A DNA stretch of 64,000 nt, taken from the NCBI GenBank assembly GCA_903929135.1, contig CAIYTH010000014.1:34258-98257 (forward strand), written 5' to 3'. The notes beneath the pieces were generated by a model. The model searched no databases. It was not told where the DNA came from and was given only the letters and a program-made list of their open reading frames with translations. Below, piece by piece: positions 39,704 to 47,865 of the stretch. Position 1 is the stretch's first letter. Each line of letters starts with the position of its first letter. Made by a program: the position numbers and the translations under genes. This DNA comes from an uncultured Chlorobiales bacterium (GTDB taxonomy: Bacteria > Bacteroidota > Chlorobiia > Chlorobiales > Chlorobiaceae).

Positions 39704-39796
39704 CCTCGACGCCGTTCCACACCGCTCGTTTTTTTATATGAGTCTGCTGTCTGTAAAGAGCTATTTTTCCATAGATCAACATTTTACTGACAGCCA

Positions 39797-40675
39797 ATGA
39801 CTGCAACTCCTTCCGAAGGTCCCGGCCGGAAGGCCGTGCTTCTTCTCACATGTCCCGACCGTGCAGGCCTCGTCGCGCGAATTTCCCATTTCATCTACGA
39901 GCGTGGAGGGAACATCCTCGACCTCGAAGAGCATGTCGACGTCGAGGAGCGACACTTCTTCCTGCGCGTCTCATGGAGCCTCGAGCGCTTCACCATCCCG
40001 GCCACTGACCTCGATGTGGCATTCGCCCCGCTCGCCAGTGAGTTCGGGGCGTTCTGGAAGATCAGGCTTTCAGGGCGCCGTGTCAGGACCGCGCTCTTCG
40101 TTTCGAAATACGACCACTGCCTCAGGGAGATCCTCTGGCGGCACAGCCTGGGCGAGTTCGACATCGAGATTCCGCTGATCGTTTCGAACCACCCTGACCT
40201 CAGGCCGCTTGCGGAGCAGCATGGCATTCCTTTCCATGTCGTCCCGGTTTCGGCACCGGAAAAGCACGAGGCCGAACTTCTGCAGATCGGACTCTGCGAA
40301 GCTGCTGGCATCGACACCATCGTGCTCGCAAGGTACATGCAGGTGCTCTCGCCACGGTTTACCGAGCGGTATCCCGGAAGGATCATCAACATCCATCATT
40401 CGTTCCTTCCTGCCTTCGTCGGAGGGAATCCCTATCGCCAGGCATACCGGCGGGGAGTCAAGATCATCGGGGCCACCAGCCATTACGTGACCGACGAGCT
40501 CGACGAGGGGCCTATAATCGAGCAGGACATCATCCGCATCTCGCATCGGGACACGCTCGACGACCTGGTCCGCAAGGGTCGGGACCTCGAGCGCCTGGTC
40601 CTTGCAAGGGCCTTGCGCCTTCACAGCGAGCACCGCATCCTGATCAACGGCCGGAAGACCGTCATTTTCGACTGA
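39797..40675 (+). CDS. purU: Formyltetrahydrofolate deformylase
   Basis: N-terminal ACT domain (LLLTCPDRAGLVARISHFIYERGGNI) plus formyltransferase motifs (INIHHSFLPAF, GATSHYVTDELDEGPII). Confidence 0.9.
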   Translation: MTATPSEGPGRKAVLLLTCPDRAGLVARISHFIYERGGNILDLEEHVDVEERHFFLRVSWSLERFTIPATDLDVAFAPLASEFGAFWKIRLSGRRVRTALFVSKYDHCLREILWRHSLGEFDIEIPLIVSNHPDLRPLAEQHGIPFHVVPVSAPEKHEAELLQIGLCEAAGIDTIVLARYMQVLSPRFTERYPGRIINIHHSFLPAFVGGNPYRQAYRRGVKIIGATSHYVTDELDEGPIIEQDIIRISHRDTLDDLVRKGRDLERLVLARALRLHSEHRILINGRKTVIFD

Positions 40676-40794
40676 CGGGAGGGCCGGAAGGGGTTTCCGA
40701 AACGGAAATGAGGAGGAGTGGTTTGCCCGAAATTGATTATTATTTGATGACAGCGTGACGGAGAACTGACGAAAGCCATTCGTATGACAACCTC

Positions 40795-43455
40795 ATGTCC
40801 CGATCCTCGTACAACAAAATCCCCGCATCCTCGATTCGTCAGGAAGCTGCTGTTCCGCACACCCGTTCCGACGACGAGCATTTTCTCCTGAAGCTCTGCG
40901 GCGCCCCCGGAAACGAGGCCTTGCAGATTATGGAAAGCCGTGCCGAAGGCCTCAACGAACAGCAGGTTTCGAAACGGGCGGCCAGGTACGGCAAAAACGA
41001 AATATCGCTCGCCAGTCGCCCCTCTTTCCTGCAGGATATCTTCCATCGCATTTCGAGTCCTCTGGTCATCCAGCTCCTGCTGATCGCCGTCGTTTCGGCG
41101 CTCATCGGGGAGATCTCGTCGACGGTCATCGTCGGCACCATGATCCTGCTCAGCGTGGGCATCTCCTATGTGCTGGACCGTCGCTCGGGCAAAGCGATCG
41201 ACGCGCTCGGCAAACGTGTCCAGTCAAGATCGAACGTCATCCGCAACGGCGTCGAGGTTGAGGTTCCGCTGGCCGACCTCGTTCCCGGCGATATCGTCCA
41301 GCTCCAGGCAGGTTCGGTCATTCCGGCCGACCTGCGCCTGATCTCCGCGAAGGATTTTTTCGTCACCCAGGCGTCGCTGACCGGTGAAACCATGCCGGTC
41401 GAGAAGAACGCCGAAGCCTGCGACTCTGAAAAGCTGTCGATCCTCGAACTGACCAACGCCTGTTTCCAGGGGAGCAGCGTCAGCAGCGGTTCAGCGAATG
41501 CTGTCGTGGTCAATACCGGCAACAGGACCTTTTTCGGGGCCATTGCCGAACGCCTCAACGAGCAGCGGGAGGCGACCAGTTTCGACAAGGGTATCCGCTC
41601 CTTCACCTGGCTGATGATCCGTTTCATGGTCGTCATGGTCTCCGCCGTGTTCCTGATCGTCGGGATCAGCAAGGGCGACTGGATGGAGTCACTCTTTTTC
41701 AGCCTTTCGGTGGCGGTCGGCCTGACCCCGGAGATGCTGCCGATGATCGTGACGGTGAACCTGGCCAAGGGCGCCCTGACCATGGCCGGCAAGAAGGTTA
41801 TCGTCAAGCACCTCTCGTCGATACAGAATTTCGGCGCCATCGACATTCTCTGCACCGACAAGACCGGTACCCTGACGCAGGACCGTGTGCTCCTCAAGAT
41901 GGCCGTCGACGTGATGGGCGAGGAGAGCGGCAACGTGCTCCGTTACGCCTATCTCAACAGCTTTTTCCAGACAGGCCTGCACAACCTGCTCGACAGGGCG
42001 GTGCTGGAGCACCAGGAGTTCACCGTCGACGGCAGCTGCACGCTGGTGGATGAGCTTCCGTTCGATTTCCAGCGCCGTCGCATGTCGGTGGTCGTCGACT
42101 ATCAGAACGAGCATGTACTGATCTGCAAGGGGGCCGTGGAGGAGATCTATACCTGTTGCGACCGCTACCAGATCGACGACGAGGTCTATCCGCTCATCGG
42201 CATGATCAGGGATGACCTTTTCGAGGAGGTTGCCGGTCTGAACAGCACCGGATATCGCGTGCTCGCCATCGCCTACAGCGAATTTGCTCCCGATCGCAGG
42301 CACTTCACGCATGACGACGAGAAAAACCTGATCCTGCTCGGTTACATCGCCTTCCTGGACCCGCCGAAGGATTCGACTGCCCAGGCACTGGTCAGCCTCA
42401 GGGATACCGGCGTGAGGGTCAAGATCCTGACCGGCGACAATGCCGTGGTCACCAGGAAGATCTGCAAGGATGTCGGCATGGCCGTGAATCAGGTGGCGAT
42501 CGGCGACGAGCTGTCGAAAATGAAACCGGAGGAGTTCGACCGGGTGGTGGAGACGGCGGATGTGCTCGCCAAGCTCTCGCCCCTGCAGAAGGAGCAGGTC
42601 GTTCAGTCACTGAAGAGGAACGGCCATGTCATCGGCTTCATGGGGGACGGCATCAACGACGCGCCGGCATTGCGGGCTGCCGATGTGGGCATCTCGGTCG
42701 ATACGGCGGCGGATGTCGCCAAGGAGTCGGCCGACATCGTGTTGCTGGAAAAAAGCCTGATGGTCCTCAACGACGGCATCCTCGAAGGTCGGCGCGTGTT
42801 CGCCAACATCATCAAGTATATCCGGATGAGCGCGAGCTCGAATTTCGGCAACATGTTCAGCATCATCGGCGCGAGCTACCTGCTGCCGTTCCTGCCTATG
42901 CAGCCGATCCAGATCCTGCTCAACAACCTGCTCTACGATTTTTCCCAGACCGGCATCCCTAGCGACCGTGTCGACGATGAGCAGATCGTCAAACCGAGGA
43001 AGTGGGATATCGGCAACATCAAGTGGTTCATGATGATGATCGGGCCGATCAGCTCGATATTCGATTACGCTACTTTCGCACTGATGTGGTTCGTGTTCAA
43101 ATCGAACATCTTCGTCGATCCTGCGGCCGGCGCGGCGGCGAAAAACCATGCAGTACAGCTGTTCCAGACAGGATGGTTCGTCGAGTCCCTGCTGACCCAG
43201 ACCCTTATCGTCCATATCATACGGACCGGGAAAATACCGTTCCTGCAGAGCCGGGCATCGAATCCGATGCTGCTCTCCACGTTCGCGGTCCTTGCAGCCG
43301 CGGTCTGGCTGCCCTACTCCCCGTTCGCTTCACTGTTCGGCATGGTGCCCCTGCCGCCGCTCTTTTTCCTGTGGATCACGCTCTTCCTGGTGACCTACGG
43401 GATAATGACCCATGCCATGAAAACCTGGTTCTTCAAGCGTTTTGGAGGAAACTGA
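40795..43455 (+). CDS. mgtA: Magnesium-translocating P-type ATPase
   Basis: CTDKTGTLTQ, MGDGINDAPAL, and the MgtA-specific TM segment PFLPMQPIQILLNNLLYDFSQTGIPSDRVDDEQIVKPRKW. 886 aa. Confidence 0.9.
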   Translation: MSRSSYNKIPASSIRQEAAVPHTRSDDEHFLLKLCGAPGNEALQIMESRAEGLNEQQVSKRAARYGKNEISLASRPSFLQDIFHRISSPLVIQLLLIAVVSALIGEISSTVIVGTMILLSVGISYVLDRRSGKAIDALGKRVQSRSNVIRNGVEVEVPLADLVPGDIVQLQAGSVIPADLRLISAKDFFVTQASLTGETMPVEKNAEACDSEKLSILELTNACFQGSSVSSGSANAVVVNTGNRTFFGAIAERLNEQREATSFDKGIRSFTWLMIRFMVVMVSAVFLIVGISKGDWMESLFFSLSVAVGLTPEMLPMIVTVNLAKGALTMAGKKVIVKHLSSIQNFGAIDILCTDKTGTLTQDRVLLKMAVDVMGEESGNVLRYAYLNSFFQTGLHNLLDRAVLEHQEFTVDGSCTLVDELPFDFQRRRMSVVVDYQNEHVLICKGAVEEIYTCCDRYQIDDEVYPLIGMIRDDLFEEVAGLNSTGYRVLAIAYSEFAPDRRHFTHDDEKNLILLGYIAFLDPPKDSTAQALVSLRDTGVRVKILTGDNAVVTRKICKDVGMAVNQVAIGDELSKMKPEEFDRVVETADVLAKLSPLQKEQVVQSLKRNGHVIGFMGDGINDAPALRAADVGISVDTAADVAKESADIVLLEKSLMVLNDGILEGRRVFANIIKYIRMSASSNFGNMFSIIGASYLLPFLPMQPIQILLNNLLYDFSQTGIPSDRVDDEQIVKPRKWDIGNIKWFMMMIGPISSIFDYATFALMWFVFKSNIFVDPAAGAAAKNHAVQLFQTGWFVESLLTQTLIVHIIRTGKIPFLQSRASNPMLLSTFAVLAAAVWLPYSPFASLFGMVPLPPLFFLWITLFLVTYGIMTHAMKTWFFKRFGGN

Positions 43456-43456
43456 C

Positions 43457-44251
43457 ATGTTGAAAACCATTCTTGACGCCCTGCAGCACGGGCGACTCGT
43501 CGAACTTCCGGACAATGACAAGGAGAAGTCGCTGCAGTTCCTGGCAACGATGCTCGAAGCCGTGCCTTCGATCCCCCCCGGCACCGACATCGTCGAAGTG
43601 GTGCTCGAGCACGAGAAGATATCGAACACTTCTCTGGGGGGAGGCTGGGCATGCCCGCATGCCAGGGTGAAGTTCGACGGTGACCTGAGCTGCGCCATCG
43701 GGTGGAGCCCCGCAGGGATCGACTATGGTATTACGGGGGAGCCTCCGGTGCACATGATCATCATGTATTTCGTGCCGGACAACCAGCGGAACACCTACCT
43801 CAAGGAGGTATCATCCCTTGCGAGGGTGCTGAAGAACAATCCCGGGTACCAGGCAATCGAGGCGTTCACCGACCTGAACAGGTCGAGGAACAACCTGCTG
43901 GACATCGCCCACCTCGCCATGAACGGGGACGCGAAGAATCCCCGCGCACGCATGATCCAGCTTGATACGCTGACCAAGACCGCCGTGCCGGAACACCTCG
44001 ATCTTGCGGCAGCCGAGATCGACGCGTTGCTGATCGTCACCGCACCGGAGATTAACCCCGTGGTGCTCACCCAGAACCAGGAGCTTGCGACGCTTGCAGG
44101 GAGCGACGACGGCCTCGTTGCGGCCATCGCCGCGGGGAACCGTTACCAGATGCAGGAGTGGCAGGTAGTCCACAGGTCTTCGACGGCCTACGTCGGCGAT
44201 CGTTTCATCCACGATTGCCTCGCCATAAAACCCCGTCCCGGAAACCCCTGA
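43457..44251 (+). CDS. PTS EIIA type-2 (PtsN/EIIA-Ntr-like) domain protein with a ~110-aa C-terminal domain of unknown type
   Basis: VLEHEKISNTSLGGGWACPHARV...VHMIIMYFVP aligns by eye with PtsN (REKMGSTGIGNGIAIPHG...VDLLFALLVP). The ATG lies 1 nt after the mgtA stop, with ggagg inside the mgtA 3' end. Confidence 0.75.
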   Translation: MLKTILDALQHGRLVELPDNDKEKSLQFLATMLEAVPSIPPGTDIVEVVLEHEKISNTSLGGGWACPHARVKFDGDLSCAIGWSPAGIDYGITGEPPVHMIIMYFVPDNQRNTYLKEVSSLARVLKNNPGYQAIEAFTDLNRSRNNLLDIAHLAMNGDAKNPRARMIQLDTLTKTAVPEHLDLAAAEIDALLIVTAPEINPVVLTQNQELATLAGSDDGLVAAIAAGNRYQMQEWQVVHRSSTAYVGDRFIHDCLAIKPRPGNP

Positions 44252-44269
44252 GTTGGCAACATCCCGGAG

Positions 44270-45547
44270 CTATCCGGGGATGAGCATCCTGACGGAGGCC
44301 ACGGTCATGACGATTGCGGCGATCCATCCGAGGATCAGAATCGGACGGCTTGCGGTGAACGCTCCCATGACCGATTTTTTTGTCGCGAGTATGAGGATCA
44401 CCACCATAAGGGGCACCGCGATCACCCCGTTGATGACCGCGCTCCAGAAGAGTGCTTTCATGGGGTTGATCGGCGAGTACTGGATGAGCAGGGCGACCAG
44501 CACGCTGAAGGCGATAATGCTGTAGAACCCTTTCGCATCCCATGCTTTGCGCTCCAGGCCGGAGTTCCACCCCATCGCTTCCGACATCGCATAGGCACCC
44601 GAACCCGCCAGCACCGGCACGCCGATGAACCCCACGCCGAGGATGCCCAGCGCAAACAGCAGGTAGGCGAAATCACCGGCCAGGGGCCTGAGCGCACTTG
44701 CCGCCTGAGCGGCGGTTTCGATGTTCCTGATGCCCGAGACGTTCAGCGTGACGGCGGTTGCGAGCATGATGAACCATGCCGTGATGTCCGAATAGAGCAT
44801 GCCGCTCCAGGTGTCCCACCTGATCCGGCGGAGCTCCCTGCCTGCCGCACCGGTGTCGAGGAGGAGCGGTAACGCCTGAGCTCCCCGCTGCATCTCCTCC
44901 ACCTCTTCCGATGCCTGCCAGAAGAAGAGGTACGGGCTGATGGTGGTGCCGAAAACGCCCACGATCACTGCAGCCGCATCGGCATCGGTCCTGATGTGAG
45001 GCAGGAAGGTGCGCACGGCCACTTCCCCCCACGGCACCTTTACGGTGAAGAGCACGGCAGCATAGGCGAGCAGGGAGAGGGTCAGCCATTTCAGGAAGAA
45101 TACGTAGCGGTGGTAAGGCACGAACACCTGCAGCAGCAGCGTGCCGATCACGAACAGGGCCGTCATCAGGTGGCGGTCCTGGCCGGTCACCAGCTCCGCC
45201 ACCTCCCCCATTGCGGCCACGTCTGCCGCGATATTCAGCGTGTTGGCCACCAGCAGCATCACCACCACACTTTTCAGGACGACCGGGGGAAAGGCCTCCT
45301 TGATGTTCGCCGAGAGCCCTTTTCCCGTCACGCGTCCGATGCGGGCGCACAACGACTGGATGGCGGACATCAGCGGGTAGGCGAGCGGCATCGTCCAGAG
45401 CATGTCGAGCCCGAACCGGGCCCCGGCCTGCGAGTAAGTCGCGATGCCGCTCGGATCGTCGTCGGCCACGCCGGTGATCAGCCCCGGCCCTAACTGTGCG
45501 AGCGGATGCTCCCTCAGCCGGGTCCCCAGAAATCGAAGGATTTTCAT
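44270..45547 (-). CDS. NRAMP/SLC11-family cation transporter with non-canonical metal-site residues
   Basis: LGPGLITGVADDDPSGIATYSQAG aligns with the canonical GPAF...DPGN...QAG segment. FGTTISPYLFFWQ occupies the position of GATIMPH. Confidence 0.85.
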   Translation of the reverse strand: MKILRFLGTRLREHPLAQLGPGLITGVADDDPSGIATYSQAGARFGLDMLWTMPLAYPLMSAIQSLCARIGRVTGKGLSANIKEAFPPVVLKSVVVMLLVANTLNIAADVAAMGEVAELVTGQDRHLMTALFVIGTLLLQVFVPYHRYVFFLKWLTLSLLAYAAVLFTVKVPWGEVAVRTFLPHIRTDADAAAVIVGVFGTTISPYLFFWQASEEVEEMQRGAQALPLLLDTGAAGRELRRIRWDTWSGMLYSDITAWFIMLATAVTLNVSGIRNIETAAQAASALRPLAGDFAYLLFALGILGVGFIGVPVLAGSGAYAMSEAMGWNSGLERKAWDAKGFYSIIAFSVLVALLIQYSPINPMKALFWSAVINGVIAVPLMVVILILATKKSVMGAFTASRPILILGWIAAIVMTVASVRMLIPG

Positions 45548-45810
45548 CGCGTGCCGTTGTTTATGCTGAGCTGTCGCCTAATGCAGCCCCTGTTCGAATT
45601 CGGGGTTGTATCCTCTTCTGCGGCAGCCGGCCGTTCTGCAGGGTGCCTGAACTTTCCGACTCGCGTATCAGGTGTAAAGCTTTTCATGAACAATAAGTTG
45701 CCTGCACCGGGGATCGCTTCGGCAGGATCGGATTTCAGGGTGCCGTTTAGACAAAAATCATTATTATATCGCAAAATACCGTACCCCATAAAATTCTTTG
45801 AAGGAACATC

Positions 45811-46149
45811 ATGAGCGACTTGCCGAACTGCCCGAAATGCAACTCTGAATACACCTACGAGGCAGGGCCCCTCCTTGTCTGCCCCGAATGCGCCCACGAA
45901 TGGAGCCGCTCAACGGTTCCCGCGCCGGAAACTGCCCGCGTCTGGAAGGATGCGAACGGCAACCTCCTGCAGGACGGAGATACCGTGACCGTGATCAAGG
46001 ACCTGAAGGTCAAGGGCTCCTCATCGCCGCTCAAGGGGGGCACCAAGGTGAAGAATATCCGCCTCATCGACGGCGACCATGACATCGACTGCAAGATCGA
46101 CGGTTTCGGACCGATGCAGCTGAAGTCTGAATTCGTCAGGAAAGCCTGA
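45811..46149 (+). CDS. yjdM: YjdM/PhnA zinc-ribbon protein
   Basis: [25 protein letters not shown] plus the C-terminal [33 protein letters not shown]. Confidence 0.88.
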   Translation: MSDLPNCPKCNSEYTYEAGPLLVCPECAHEWSRSTVPAPETARVWKDANGNLLQDGDTVTVIKDLKVKGSSSPLKGGTKVKNIRLIDGDHDIDCKIDGFGPMQLKSEFVRKA

Positions 46150-46270
46150 TCCCTCGATGCCTGCACCTGATCTGCGGCGAGCTTCCATGAAAGGCCTGCC
46201 GGATGACGCACATGGATCAGATGCTTCATATTTTCCAGCATGAGCATCATCAACCCAAGCCTTGCCGCCG

Positions 46271-47206
46271 ATGCACGATACCCATAGCCATGACCACGAT
46301 CATGACCACGGCCATCACCACCATCACCATGCAGCCGGAAACATCCGGACGGCCTTTTTCCTGAACCTCGGCTTCACGGTCGTCGAAATCGTCGGTGGTT
46401 TCCTGACCAACAGCACGGCGATCCTCGCCAATGCTGCGCACGACCTCGGCGACTGCTTCGCGCTGGGTCAGGCCTGGTATTTCGAACGGCTTTCAGGCGA
46501 GAGTGGCAATGCCCGGTACACTTACGGCTACAAGCGCTTTTCGACATTCGGCGCCCTCGTCAGCACCGTGCTGCTGCTGCTCAGTTCACTCTTTATCCTC
46601 TCGAAGGCCGTTCCCCGCATCGTCTCTCCGGACCACAGCAACGCCGGCGGGATGGTCGCGCTCGCGCTTGTCGGCGTAGCCGTCAACGGTCTGGCCATGA
46701 TGCGCCTGTCGAAGGAGAAGGGTATGAACACCAGGGTCGTGGCGCTGCACCTGCTCGAGGACGTCCTCGGCTGGGTTGCCGTGCTGGTGGTGTCGGTCTC
46801 CCTGCTGTTCTTCGACATCCCTGCGCTCGACCCGATCCTGGCAGTGCTGATCACGCTCTACATCTTGTCGAATGTCGTCAGGAACCTGAAATCGATGCTG
46901 CCGATCTTCCTGCAGGCTGTGCCCGACAACGTCAGTCTCGACACGATCGTCCACGAGATCGAAGCCATGGATAAGGTCCAGGCGGTGCACCATGCCCATA
47001 TCTGGTCTCTCGACGGGGAGCACAACGTCTTTACGGCCCATCTCGAACTCGGCTGCCAGCCGGCCCCGGACGAGTATGCCGCCATAAAAGAGGCGATCCG
47101 GGGCATTGTCCAGAGGCACGGCCTGTACCACTCAACCGTCGAGATCGAATTCCCCGGCGAGGTGTGCCGGAACCTATTGCCTCCGCACCGGATTGTAAGT
47201 TCCTGA
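46271..47206 (+). CDS. Cation diffusion facilitator (CzcD/ZitB-like) exporter with a His-rich N-terminus
   Basis: MHDTHSHDHDHDHGHHHHHH. TM motifs ILANAAHDLGD and HLLEDVLGW. ATG 46271 is preferred over TTG 46262. Confidence 0.85.
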   Translation: MHDTHSHDHDHDHGHHHHHHAAGNIRTAFFLNLGFTVVEIVGGFLTNSTAILANAAHDLGDCFALGQAWYFERLSGESGNARYTYGYKRFSTFGALVSTVLLLLSSLFILSKAVPRIVSPDHSNAGGMVALALVGVAVNGLAMMRLSKEKGMNTRVVALHLLEDVLGWVAVLVVSVSLLFFDIPALDPILAVLITLYILSNVVRNLKSMLPIFLQAVPDNVSLDTIVHEIEAMDKVQAVHHAHIWSLDGEHNVFTAHLELGCQPAPDEYAAIKEAIRGIVQRHGLYHSTVEIEFPGEVCRNLLPPHRIVSS

Positions 47207-47237
47207 ACCCGCTTTTCGGAAACGAGCTCAAGGAGAA

Positions 47238-47762
47238 ATGATGAAACGATTCATGCTGGCCCTGATGCTTCTGGCTCTGGCCGGTTGCACAGGAACTCCG
47301 GAAGGCATCGTCGCGGTCGACCGCTTCGACCTGAAACGCTACCTCGGTACCTGGTACGAGATCGCGAGGATCGACAACTGGTTCGAGAGGGGTACCGAAC
47401 AGGTATCGGCCGACTATTCCATGAAGGAGGACGGGAAGGTCCGCGTGTTCAACAAGGGATACTCCCCTGAACAGAAGAAGTGGAAAACCGCCGAGGGCAA
47501 GGCCATGTTCGCCGGCGATCCGACGGTCGGAGCGCTGAAGGTCTCCTTCTTCGGCCCCTTCTACGGCGGGTACACGGTTTTCGACCTCGACCGCAACAAC
47601 TACGCATGGGCCATGGTCGCCGGAAACAGCCGATCCTACCTCTGGATCCTCTCGCGAACCCCGCAGATGGACAAGGCCGTGCTGGCCCGGCTGCTCGCCG
47701 AAGCCGAATCAAAAGGCTTCGACACCCTCAAGGTGATGAGGACCAGGCAGGAACTGCATTGA
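47238..47762 (+). CDS. blc: Bacterial lipocalin (outer-membrane lipoprotein Blc)
   Basis: Lipobox LALAGC; LKRYLGTWYEIARIDN; YLWILSRTP. Confidence 0.88.
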   Translation: MMKRFMLALMLLALAGCTGTPEGIVAVDRFDLKRYLGTWYEIARIDNWFERGTEQVSADYSMKEDGKVRVFNKGYSPEQKKWKTAEGKAMFAGDPTVGALKVSFFGPFYGGYTVFDLDRNNYAWAMVAGNSRSYLWILSRTPQMDKAVLARLLAEAESKGFDTLKVMRTRQELH

Positions 47763-47772
47763 GGAAAATTCT

Positions 47773-47860
47773 ATGGACGCCATGGTGGTGATGGACCTGG
47801 CGGACAAAGAGAAGGTATTGTCCTGTCCATGTCGTCCATTCAATCCATAACGTCCACTCT
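47773..47860. repeat. Foldback of 9-bp-periodic ATGGACNNN (left arm) and GTCCATNNN (right arm) units
   Basis: Left arm: atggacgcc atggtggtg atggacctg gcggacaaa. 16-nt spacer. Right arm: gtccatgtc gtccattca atccataac gtccactct. Confidence 0.8.
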
Positions 47861-47865
47861 CTTCA

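Noticed and set aside
45580-45612. tRNA-like T-arm (cccctgttcgaattcgggg)
   Set aside because: No matching acceptor, D or anticodon arms could be drawn from the flanking 80 nt. It is most likely a simple hairpin in the NRAMP gene leader.
45548-45810. Mn2+ (yybP-ykoY) or Mg2+ (M-box) riboswitch upstream of the NRAMP-like gene; the mgtA leader at 40676-40794 was checked as well
   Set aside because: I could not find the conserved GGGGAGUAG / UUGACA (yybP) or GUUAGGUGAGG / GCUAAAGCUC (M-box) blocks by eye. A covariance-model scan is needed to be sure.
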